Positions 45,694 to 54,362 of a DNA stretch of 64,000 bases are shown piece by piece. The stretch covers positions 140,597 to 204,596 of the forward strand of contig MVZM01000001.1 of the NCBI GenBank assembly GCA_002068415.1. The letters run 5' to 3'. This DNA comes from Tenericutes bacterium ADurb.BinA124. Lineage in GTDB: Bacteria > Bacillota_I > Bacilli_A > ML615J-28 > CAG-698. Every line of letters begins with the position of its first letter. The stretch's first letter is position 1. Under the pieces are notes generated by a model, which made no database searches, was not told the origin of the DNA, and worked only from the letters and a program-made list of their open reading frames with translations. The translations under genes and the position numbers were made by a program.

Positions 45694-46348
45694 TTAATCC
45701 ACCTATCTTATAAAACTTTACTTGTGCTTCTAGCGGATATGCTGATAATATCTCTTCCACTTCTTGTTCTTTTAAATCAATGGTACTTAAAAACGATAAT
45801 ATTTGCGTTGATGATTTCTTTAAATCATACTCACTATACTTCTCAAAGTTATTTAATAAATCTAGTACTTGGAGTAGTTTATAGTTTTTATTATTCACCA
45901 TTACTCTTGGAGCATTTACGATTACTCGATTGTTTTTGATTTTTATTTCTCTTTTTTTATTTGAAACTTGATTTGAATAGATTGTTGAAACAACAGCTAT
46001 TTGTGATGTAAGTCCAAGTTGGTTTGCAAAGTTAATTCCACTTTCGTAACCAATTCTTATACCAGAATCATTAAATATATACTTCTTTTGAATCACATCA
46101 CTCACATAGACTGTTGTCTTTCCGAAAATGCTACTTTTATTTGGTAAGCCATAAACACCTTTGTCAAGTTTTTCAAGTTGTCCTGATTCAGTAAATCTTT
46201 TAAAAATTGATCTTATCGTCCCCTTGCTAATATTAGGAAATTCTTGATAAATATCTTTAACAAAAATAGGAGTTTGTTTATCATAATTATTCATAATATA
46301 GTTTAGGATGTTATCCTTCGTTTTTAATGCTTTCATTATTTTTATCAC
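45674..46348 (-). CDS. abiEi: AbiEi-family antitoxin / transcriptional regulator
   Basis: N-terminal winged-HTH-like region (…ISKGTIRSIFKRFTESGQLEKLDKGVYGLP…). Directly upstream of abiEii with a 20-nt overlap. Confidence 0.6.
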   Translation of the reverse strand: MIKIMKALKTKDNILNYIMNNYDKQTPIFVKDIYQEFPNISKGTIRSIFKRFTESGQLEKLDKGVYGLPNKSSIFGKTTVYVSDVIQKKYIFNDSGIRIGYESGINFANQLGLTSQIAVVSTIYSNQVSNKKREIKIKNNRVIVNAPRVMVNNKNYKLLQVLDLLNNFEKYSEYDLKKSSTQILSFLSTIDLKEQEVEEILSAYPLEAQVKFYKIGGLNAITQS

Positions 46349-46384
46349 CCTTTTTAAGCATAGTATAACATGGTTTTTATATTA

Positions 46385-46425
46385 TTGCAACGGTTTTTCT
46401 TTTTTTAGTAGAAATACCGTTGCAA
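46385..46425 (-). promoter_or_regulatory. Putative AbiEi operator: 10-bp perfect inverted repeat TTGCAACGGT-N21-ACCGTTGCAA upstream of abiEi
   Basis: Seen directly in the sequence 37-77 nt upstream of the abiEi start; AbiEi antitoxins are known to autorepress through inverted repeats. Confidence 0.35.
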
Positions 46426-46918
46426 AATATTGTGAAACTTATTTTGTTAATTTTATTATTAATTACATAAATTTTTCTTTTGCTGTTTTTTCAGTTGTGG
46501 AGAAAGCGTTTAATATTTGTTCTTATGCTTTGATTGAGATAGCTTTATTTTGCTTAATGATAGTGAATTATTTTTAGCTTTTTTCTTTACCATTTTTGTG
46601 ATAGCATTTTAACTTCTAGTCTTAATCTTTTTATGATTGTCAATGATATGAGACTAAAAGCACAAAAGAAGAAGGAAAATAAAGGCTACTTTTTAGGGGT
46701 GTGTTATTCAAACGGTGGTCGTTTTTTTATTATTAATAGGTTTTATTTTTTCGTTTACAAATAGAAACGGGAATAATGTGGTGGGATGCCTGGCTTTCAT
46801 TAATCTTTGTGTGTCAAATAACTCCCTCGGATTCTCGCTACACCTCTTTTAGATTATCAATTATTGAGGAGTTCGATGGATTTTTACTGATATGATTAGC
46901 TGTCTTTTTTATCATATT

Positions 46919-47440
46919 CTAGAGCTGGCATCTAACTTTTTTACACGTTGAATATCTCATTATAACTAATGTCAAAATTATGTTTACTTCACTTAGAAAT
47001 TCCTCTGTTGGAACAAACGGTTGATGATATGCTTTGTCATAAATCTTTCTTAAGGTAAATCCTTGTAGACTAATAATTCCTACTCGACCAGCCAAAGTTT
47101 CGACAACACTTTTCATTAAAGGGAATGACTGTGATTCTGTTAGATAGAAAAACCGACTTCACTACTTTTGTTAGCTCCATCTAATGTGCGAAAATAACCC
47201 TAAATCATATTGAACATCATCAATTATAAGCTGGTCTATATGTTTTAAAAAAATATTTGGCTTCTCTTTTACGATTATCAACATAACGGAATTATTAAAA
47301 GAAACATATTCCAAATTGCCTAGGTTGTTTTTCAAGCGTGGTTTTGCTAACTTACCTTATCCCGTCAGTGAGATAACTGAAAACATTTTTGCTGCTTTTT
47401 TATAATTCCTTCGACATGCTTCTTGATATACATGTGCTCA
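46919..47440 (-). pseudogene. Remnant of a DUF4143/COG1373 AAA+ ATPase gene (fragmented)
   Basis: The 65-aa ORF 46919-47116 encodes …ETLAGRVGIISLQGFTLRKIYDK…. A family-like N-terminus MYIKKHVEGIIKKQQ… lies near 47435 on the minus strand in a different frame. Confidence 0.35.
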
Positions 47441-47515
47441 CATTCTTTCGACTAAATCAAATTGCAACTTTATTTTAGTCGAAAACAACCGCTTTGTAAC
47501 ACCTTCTAATTTGTA

Positions 47516-47563
47516 GATGCGGGAATGAATGTCCCTTTAATTATTATATCCAATTAAAAAAGT
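47516..47563 (+). repeat. Right 48-bp direct repeat (attR-like)
   Basis: 47/48 identical to 44512-44559; followed by the original hairpin gtacaccgcgtgtac. Confidence 0.65.
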
Positions 47564-47580
47564 ACACCGCGTGTACTTTA
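47555..47580. terminator. Bidirectional terminator (ancestral AlkP gene / coaD)
   Basis: aaaaaagtacac-cgc-gtgtacttt perfect 6-bp stem with flanking A/T runs; abuts the coaD stop. Confidence 0.5.
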
Positions 47581-48087
47581 CAATTTAGAATTCTTATTTA
47601 AAACGGCTGATATTCGTTCTTTAATTCTGTCTGCTAAACCGGCAGGCACATAATCTTTTATTTCACTGTCAAACATCACCAATTCTTTAATGGAAGAAGA
47701 GGACAAAAAGAGATTATTGGTCGAAGGGAAGAGGACAAAAGTGTCAATGTCTTGATCAATCGAATGATTGAACTGGAAAAGGGTTATCTCATTTTGATAA
47801 TCGATAAAATTTCTTAAACCACGAATAATGACTTTGGCTTGCTTTTGTTTGGCATAATTTAAAACCAATTGGTTGCTGGCTTCTACTTCAACATTATCTA
47901 AATGTTTGGTAGCGAATTTTAATAATTCAACGCGTTCTTCACCGGAGAAAATATATGTTTTATAAGGGTTTAATGAAACCAGGACATATACTTTATCAAA
48001 AACTTTCGAAACTCGTTCGATAATATCTAAATGACCATTGGAAACGGGATCAAATGACCCGGGATACACAGCTATTTTCATATTCAC
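47578..48087 (-). CDS. coaD: Phosphopantetheine adenylyltransferase
   Basis: AVYPGSFDPVSNGHLDIIER (HxGH nucleotidyltransferase motif). Confidence 0.9.
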   Translation of the reverse strand: MNMKIAVYPGSFDPVSNGHLDIIERVSKVFDKVYVLVSLNPYKTYIFSGEERVELLKFATKHLDNVEVEASNQLVLNYAKQKQAKVIIRGLRNFIDYQNEITLFQFNHSIDQDIDTFVLFPSTNNLFLSSSSIKELVMFDSEIKDYVPAGLADRIKERISAVLNKNSKL

Positions 48088-48206
48088 CTCGCAATTAATT
48101 ATAAAGCAATTTTGGGACTATTGCAATTGTTTTCGCTTTCCTTTGACAAAATCCCTATTTTAGTGTATCATAAAACTAATTAAATGAGGAAAAAGAGGGA
48201 AGATTA

Positions 48207-49952
48207 ATGTCAACAAAAGCCATTATCTCGGAAGCCGTTTCCGAAAAAAAACCTGCCATCATTTTACTGGCCTTAATCATTTTACTTGGCACGGCCTTTA
48301 AAATTGCCATGGCCTTTATTCTTCAAACCATCATTGATCGCGTCCTTCCCATTGATCCAGCTTTAAATCCTCCCCTCGGGATGTGGGTTGGAGCCTTTGT
48401 TTTAGCGATGGTGTTTGCGATTGGGATGGATTTTTTAGGCTCTTTCCAAGCGATTAAGATTGGCACTTTTGTGACGGAATCACTTGGTAAAGCGGTTTTT
48501 TCTCATGCGCTTCGGGCCGAATATCAACAAGTATCCGAACTTAATCCCCATGATTTAGCAATTTCAACTACTAAGGACTGCCAGGTCATCGGCAATGAGT
48601 TCATTGGCAAAAATTGGGTGCAATTTTGGAAGCAAATTATTGTTATATTGGCTTTGTTTTCCACAATGATGGCTATTATGCCCTTGTGGGGATTACTGGT
48701 CTTTATCGTTTTGCCACTTTTTTATATGTCCATGTTTAGTTTAAAGAAATTCATCATGAAAGTTGATCAGGATACGGTTGAAAAAATCCAAATCTTGCAA
48801 CAAAATAACCATCATTGTTTTAAGATGATTAAGGGGATTAAATTAAAAAACGGGATTGTTCCGATGGAAGAACAATTTGGAAAAGAATTAGACCGTTTAT
48901 TGAAAAAACACCGCTTTTTGGAATTACTCAAGCGCTTATATGATTCCCAACTAAGCGATTTATTTGTGGGATCATTAATTGCCATTATTTTAGGAATCGG
49001 GGGCTATTTAACGATTCAAGGTGATATGGAAGCTACTGTTGGTAAATTAATGGCCTTTGTCATCATGATTCCCTTTGTTTATCATGCTTTCAAAACCTTA
49101 ATGAACACGAGCATTAGTTTTAAGATGATTGAAAAAGAAAGACAAGCCCTTGATTTGATTTTGACTCTTCGAAGCGAAATGAAATCGGAACCAATTACTC
49201 AAATTGAAGAAGTACTGTCTTTAAAATTTCAAAGTGTTAGTTATGATGGTGAAGGAAAAGACCAAAGCCTTAATCGAGTCTCTTTTGAGATTAAACGCGG
49301 TGAAAAACTAGGGATTCTCTCCTATGAAGCTGAAAGCCGCCAAATCATTTTTGAACTCTTGACCAAATTAATCCGCCCTAAAAATGGTGTGATTGCCATT
49401 AATAATTGCGATATCAATAAAATGAATACCCAATATTTACGGGAATTAGTGACATCCGTTTCTTCCGAACAATATGTCAATGAGGATTCCATTGCTAATA
49501 ATATTACTTTCCCGCTGCCTTTTGATGAATATAAATACAATGATGCGCTTAACCGCACCGGTTTAAAAGAAATCATTGCTGGGCTAGAGTTAAAGGATCA
49601 AAGCATTGTTAATGAAGCAGCCGCTTTTTCCAAAGCCTTCATTCAAAGATTGCAATTGGCTAATGCCTTTTATAAGGATTCTAAAATATTTGTTTTAAAA
49701 AATGCGACCACTTATTTAGATGTTCGCAGTGAAGAAGCCATCATGAAAGAAGTTAACAAATTAAAAAACAAGATGGTCATTATTATGTCGGATAAAGTTT
49801 ACAATGTTTTAGGTTGCGACAAAATCCTGATTCTCATGGGTGGTCAAGTTGTGGAATACGGTAAATTACCGGAGTTATTGCAAAACAAAGATTCCGAATT
49901 TAATAAAATGATTAAAAAGGTGAAAACCACTAAAACGATAAGAGCGTCTTAG
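48207..49952 (+). CDS. ABC exporter-like membrane protein with a fully degenerate nucleotide-binding domain
   Basis: About 300-aa 6-TM domain plus a C-terminal NBD-like fold with Walker A (SYEAESRQI), signature (FSKAF), Walker B/catalytic base (VLKNAT) and H-loop all replaced. Confidence 0.6.
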   Translation: MSTKAIISEAVSEKKPAIILLALIILLGTAFKIAMAFILQTIIDRVLPIDPALNPPLGMWVGAFVLAMVFAIGMDFLGSFQAIKIGTFVTESLGKAVFSHALRAEYQQVSELNPHDLAISTTKDCQVIGNEFIGKNWVQFWKQIIVILALFSTMMAIMPLWGLLVFIVLPLFYMSMFSLKKFIMKVDQDTVEKIQILQQNNHHCFKMIKGIKLKNGIVPMEEQFGKELDRLLKKHRFLELLKRLYDSQLSDLFVGSLIAIILGIGGYLTIQGDMEATVGKLMAFVIMIPFVYHAFKTLMNTSISFKMIEKERQALDLILTLRSEMKSEPITQIEEVLSLKFQSVSYDGEGKDQSLNRVSFEIKRGEKLGILSYEAESRQIIFELLTKLIRPKNGVIAINNCDINKMNTQYLRELVTSVSSEQYVNEDSIANNITFPLPFDEYKYNDALNRTGLKEIIAGLELKDQSIVNEAAAFSKAFIQRLQLANAFYKDSKIFVLKNATTYLDVRSEEAIMKEVNKLKNKMVIIMSDKVYNVLGCDKILILMGGQVVEYGKLPELLQNKDSEFNKMIKKVKTTKTIRAS

Positions 49953-49983
49953 ACGCTTTTTTATTAAGAAAAAAGGAAAGATT

Positions 49984-51435
49984 ATGGGAGATAATTTAAA
50001 ACAAAAAGTTCGTACTCGTTTTGCCCCCAGTCCAACAGGCTTTATGCATGTGGGAAATTTACGTTCCGCTCTCTATGGCTTTTTGTTCGCCCGCCAAAAT
50101 GGAGGGAGTTTTATTCTTCGCATTGAGGACACTGATTTAGAGCGCTTTGTTCCCGGAGCGGTGGATGTGATTTACAGCACTTTAAAACAAGCGGGGATTA
50201 GCTTCGATGAAGGTCCAAATGAAGGGGGGGCTTATGGCCCCTATGTGCAGTCCGAACGCAAACATCTTTATTTAGAATATGCGAAGAAACTATTGGCATC
50301 AAAACATGCCTACTATTGTTTTTGTACAAAAGAACGTTTGGACAGTTTAAAAGATGAGATGGGTGTGGCTCGTTATGATAAACATTGTTTGCATTTATCA
50401 GAAGAAGAGGTTAATGAGCGCTTGGCTCGCGGTGAAAAATTTGTCATTCGTCAAAATATGCCGACTCAAGGAACCAGTTCCTTTCATGATTTAGTTTTTG
50501 GCAATATTACCATTGACAATAGCGAACTGGAGGATCATATTTTAATCAAATCGGACGGGATGCCGACTTATAATTTTGCTAATGTCGTCGATGATCACCT
50601 TATGGCGATTACTCATGTGATACGGGGCAATGAGTATTTAAGCAGTACGCCTAAATATAATTTGCTTTATCAAGCCTTTGGGTGGACGATTCCCGAGTAC
50701 ATGCACTTAACACCAATTATGAAAGATGAAACCCGCAAATTAAGCAAGCGTCATGGCGATGCCAACTTTGATGATTTTATCAACAAAGGCTATTTAAGTC
50801 AGGCCATTGTTAATTATATCGCTTTGCTAGGTTGGAGTCCTAAATCCACGGAAGAGAAATTCACGATGGACGAATTGATTGAAAAATTCAGCATTGCCGG
50901 TTTATCCAAATCCAGCAGTATTTTTGATGAGAATAAAATGAAATGGTTGAATGGCGAATATATCAAAGAGCTTAGTTTTGCGGATTTTATGAAGTATGCC
51001 CGACCGTTTTTTGAGAAATCGGTGATTAAAGACCGCTATGATTATGAAAAGTTTGGGAAGATATTGCAAAGCCGGATTGAAATCTTTAGTGAAATTCCCG
51101 AAAAAGTGGCTTTCATTGACCAATATCATTTCATTGACCCCATCATGTATGACAATAAAAAATTTAAAATCGATGCTGGTGTTGCGAAAGAAGTTCTTTT
51201 GGAAGCCATTCTTGTTTTAGACGATTGTCAGTTGTGGAATGAGGAAATGCTACATGCCGCCATCAAGACAATAAGCGAAAAGATGCAAATTAAAAGTGGG
51301 GCTGTGTACTCCGTTTTACGAATTGCCTTAAGCAGTGTCGCTGTGACCCCGGGAGGATCAGTGGAAATCGCCGATATTTTAGGAAAAAAAGAATCCATGC
51401 GTCGTTTGCGTCAAAGTTTATTGTGGCTTAACTAA
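49984..51435 (+). CDS. gltX: Glutamyl-tRNA synthetase
   Basis: HVGNLRSALY (HIGH motif) and KLSKR (KMSKS motif). Confidence 0.95.
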   Translation: MGDNLKQKVRTRFAPSPTGFMHVGNLRSALYGFLFARQNGGSFILRIEDTDLERFVPGAVDVIYSTLKQAGISFDEGPNEGGAYGPYVQSERKHLYLEYAKKLLASKHAYYCFCTKERLDSLKDEMGVARYDKHCLHLSEEEVNERLARGEKFVIRQNMPTQGTSSFHDLVFGNITIDNSELEDHILIKSDGMPTYNFANVVDDHLMAITHVIRGNEYLSSTPKYNLLYQAFGWTIPEYMHLTPIMKDETRKLSKRHGDANFDDFINKGYLSQAIVNYIALLGWSPKSTEEKFTMDELIEKFSIAGLSKSSSIFDENKMKWLNGEYIKELSFADFMKYARPFFEKSVIKDRYDYEKFGKILQSRIEIFSEIPEKVAFIDQYHFIDPIMYDNKKFKIDAGVAKEVLLEAILVLDDCQLWNEEMLHAAIKTISEKMQIKSGAVYSVLRIALSSVAVTPGGSVEIADILGKKESMRRLRQSLLWLN

Positions 51436-51459
51436 AAAGCATCATCGCGATGCTTTTTT
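51436..51459 (+). terminator. Rho-independent terminator after gltX
   Basis: aaaagcatc-atcgc-gatgctttttt. Confidence 0.6.
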
Positions 51460-51524
51460 ACTTTCATTGTTTTACTTGATATTACTTGGTTTTTTTAGTA
51501 TAATCTTTAATTATAAAGGATGTG

Positions 51525-52922
51525 ATGTTAATGATTACTAAGGAACTTTGTCAAGAAGTTTTACAACACGCTTTACAAACGGGCGGCGATTTTGCGGAGA
51601 TTTTTTGCGAATCGACTTATAATAACGCCTATGAAATGACAAGCGGAAAGACGACTAAAATAACCGGGAATCACACTTATGGCTTATCATTAAGGATTCT
51701 CAAAGGCTTTTTAGAAGTAAATGGTTATACCAATAATTTAAGTCGTGCCAGTTTATTGGATTTAGCAGCTAAGCTAGCGGCCACTTTTAATGACCAAGCA
51801 CTGGGAATTAAGTTTTTATTAAAAGAAGAACCGGTTAAACAAATTAACTCAATTCTTCGTCGACCTTCCCAATTATCTAATGATCAAAAATTAAATTACT
51901 TAAGCAAAGCTTATGAAGCGGTGAAAGATTTTTCACCGGAAATTATCCAAACGATTGGTAATATCCGTGATGAAGAACAAACGGTGCTTATTGCCAATTC
52001 GCATGGTCGCTTCGTTAAGGATTTTCGCAGTCACTTATTTATGAATTTTTCCGTGGTGGTTAGCGATGGTAAGTCCACCCAAACGCAAACGGACAATATC
52101 GGCGGTCATCAAGGCTATGAACTCTTGGATGGAAAAGATATCAAGGATTTTGCACAAAAGATTGCCACATCCGCATTAACAATGCTCCATGCTGAGGAAA
52201 TGGTCGGTGGAAAAATGACGGTCGTTGTTCACAATGCCTTCGGTGGGGTTTTATTGCATGAAGCTTGTGTCCATTCCTTGGAAGCGACGATGGTGGCGAA
52301 AGGAGCTTCCGTCTTTTGCAACAAGCTGGGAACTAAAGTGGCGACCGACATTGTGACAGCCATTGATGATGGAACGATCCCTAATGCTTGGGGCTCCTTG
52401 AATGTCGATGATGAAGGCGAACCAACTAAGCGGAATGTCTTAATTGAAAACGGCATTCTCAAAAGTTATTTAGTGGATTATCGTAATAGTCGCTTGATGA
52501 AACATCATTTAACGGGTAGCAGTCGTCGCCAAAACTATCGCTTTGGAACGACTTCACGGATGACGAATACTTTTTTTGCTCCGGGCAAGAGTACTTTTGA
52601 GGAAATCATTGCGGCCACTTCCTTTGGTTTGTTTGCGAAGAAAATGGGTGGCGGTAGTGTTGATCCCTCAACCGGAGAATTCAATTTTGCTGTCAATGAA
52701 GGCTATATGATTGAAAATGGGAAAATCACTAAACCGGTGCGGGGGGCAACGCTCGTTGGCAGCGGCTCCCAAGTTTTACTAAACATCGACATGATTGCTG
52801 ATAATCTAGCCTTTGGTTATGGAATGTGCGGATCCTTAAGTGGATCGATTCCGACCAATGTCGGTCAACCAACGATTCGGGTCCAAAATATGACAGTAGG
52901 AGGAAGGGGGACCAAAGCATGA
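51525..52922 (+). CDS. tldD: Metalloprotease TldD
   Basis: HEACVH (HExxxH) motif, about 465 aa, followed by its paralogue pmbA with an ATGA overlap. Start ambiguous (GTG 51522, ATG 51525 or 51531). Confidence 0.8.
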   Translation: MLMITKELCQEVLQHALQTGGDFAEIFCESTYNNAYEMTSGKTTKITGNHTYGLSLRILKGFLEVNGYTNNLSRASLLDLAAKLAATFNDQALGIKFLLKEEPVKQINSILRRPSQLSNDQKLNYLSKAYEAVKDFSPEIIQTIGNIRDEEQTVLIANSHGRFVKDFRSHLFMNFSVVVSDGKSTQTQTDNIGGHQGYELLDGKDIKDFAQKIATSALTMLHAEEMVGGKMTVVVHNAFGGVLLHEACVHSLEATMVAKGASVFCNKLGTKVATDIVTAIDDGTIPNAWGSLNVDDEGEPTKRNVLIENGILKSYLVDYRNSRLMKHHLTGSSRRQNYRFGTTSRMTNTFFAPGKSTFEEIIAATSFGLFAKKMGGGSVDPSTGEFNFAVNEGYMIENGKITKPVRGATLVGSGSQVLLNIDMIADNLAFGYGMCGSLSGSIPTNVGQPTIRVQNMTVGGRGTKA

Positions 52923-54247
52923 ATTACCAAAGCTTAATTAAAAAATCCCAAACCATGGGTTTTTCAGATTTTGAAATTTATGTTGATCATTCCAAGGCCA
53001 TTAGTCTTTCGGTTTTTAATGGTCATATTGATAAAAACACGATTAGCGATAACAAAACGATTTCGGTTCGTGGTATTTACCAAGGGAAAATGGCATATTT
53101 GACAATCGAAAACGACCAGGAAGATTTCGATTATCTTTTAACCACTTTAAAAAACAATGCCCTGTCCTTAACAAGCGATGAAGAATTTGTTATTTTTGGT
53201 GGTAGCGATTCCTACCCACAAGTGCAAGCCATTGACAGTGGTTTTGAAAAAGTCACGATTGATAAAAAAGTGGAAATGGTCTTATCCTTGGAAAAGCACA
53301 TTAAAGCACTTGACCAAAGAATTGTTTTTGTTCCGTACTGTGGGTATTCGGAAGTTAAACAAAGCATTACGATTATTAATTCTTTAGGCTTAAACTTAAC
53401 AAAGGCCAACGAATATGCTTATTTAGTTGCGCAAGCGGTGGCGAAAGAAAATGATGATACACAGTCCTGCTTTGATGTTGAAGTGAAACTGCGATATGAT
53501 GATTTGCATGTGGAAACGCTGGCGAAAAAAGTTGTGGACAAGACTTTAGCAAAATTAAATGCGAGCCCGGTTGCTTCAAAGAACTACCCCATTATTTTTG
53601 AGAGAGAGGCCATGGGAGACTTGTTTAACACTTTTGACAGCTTTTTTTCGGGAGAAGCAGCGATTAAGAAATTAACCCCTTTATTAAATAAAGAAGGCGA
53701 AAAAATAATGAGTGATAAAATCACGATTGTTGATGACCCACTCCATCGTGATGCCATTAACTTACAGCCTTTTGATGATGAAGGTGTTGCTTGTTATCGC
53801 AAGACGGTTGTGGAAAAAGGGGTCTTTAAGACCTTATTGCATAATTTAAAGACCGCCAAATACTTTAAAACGACTTCCACCGGCAATGGTTTTAAACCCT
53901 CGGTGGCGGCGACTGTTAATGTCAGTGGCACCAATCTCTTGATTGAACCGGGGGAAAAAACTTTAGCACAATTGGTTTCGGAAACCCAAGAAGGCTTGTT
54001 AATTACCGAATTGGCCGGACTCCATGCCGGAGCTAATCCGATTACCGGTGATTTTAGTGCTCAATCTTCGGGTTTTCTCATCAAAGACGGCAAAATTGAC
54101 CGTCCGGTTAACTTAATTGTTGTTTCCGGAAATTTCTTAAAAATGATGAATGATGTCGAGAGCGTCGGCAGTGATCTTAAGTTAGGATATAATGGGATTG
54201 GAACACCATCGATCAAATTTGTTGGTCTGCAAGTTTCCGGTAAATAA
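52919..54247 (+). CDS. pmbA: TldD partner protein PmbA/TldE
   Basis: TldD/PmbA fold without HExxxH; start MNYQSLIKKSQ; C-terminal Gly-rich beta-strands. Confidence 0.75.
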   Translation: MNYQSLIKKSQTMGFSDFEIYVDHSKAISLSVFNGHIDKNTISDNKTISVRGIYQGKMAYLTIENDQEDFDYLLTTLKNNALSLTSDEEFVIFGGSDSYPQVQAIDSGFEKVTIDKKVEMVLSLEKHIKALDQRIVFVPYCGYSEVKQSITIINSLGLNLTKANEYAYLVAQAVAKENDDTQSCFDVEVKLRYDDLHVETLAKKVVDKTLAKLNASPVASKNYPIIFEREAMGDLFNTFDSFFSGEAAIKKLTPLLNKEGEKIMSDKITIVDDPLHRDAINLQPFDDEGVACYRKTVVEKGVFKTLLHNLKTAKYFKTTSTGNGFKPSVAATVNVSGTNLLIEPGEKTLAQLVSETQEGLLITELAGLHAGANPITGDFSAQSSGFLIKDGKIDRPVNLIVVSGNFLKMMNDVESVGSDLKLGYNGIGTPSIKFVGLQVSGK

Positions 54248-54362
54248 TTTATAAATATCTCTTTTTTAAGAGGTATTTTTTTAGAAGATAATTTTCAATA
54301 ATATGTAAAGATTGGTGCTTTTATTTAAAGAAAGCGAAAACCAAAAAAGAAGGAGAGTGAAA

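Larger units (their letters stand above)
44560..47515. mobile_element. About 3-kb decaying accessory island (AbiE toxin-antitoxin plus AAA ATPase remnant); no integrase present
   Basis: Flanked by 48-bp direct repeats that duplicate the gene's 3' end; AT-rich by eye; contains pseudogenes and gene-free debris. Confidence 0.5.

Noticed and set aside
46308-46577. 89-aa hydrophobic ORF inside the island
   Set aside because: AT-rich low-complexity (Phe/Ile/Asn) translation overlapping the abiEi promoter and operator region. No start context or ribosome-binding site, so it is likely non-coding.
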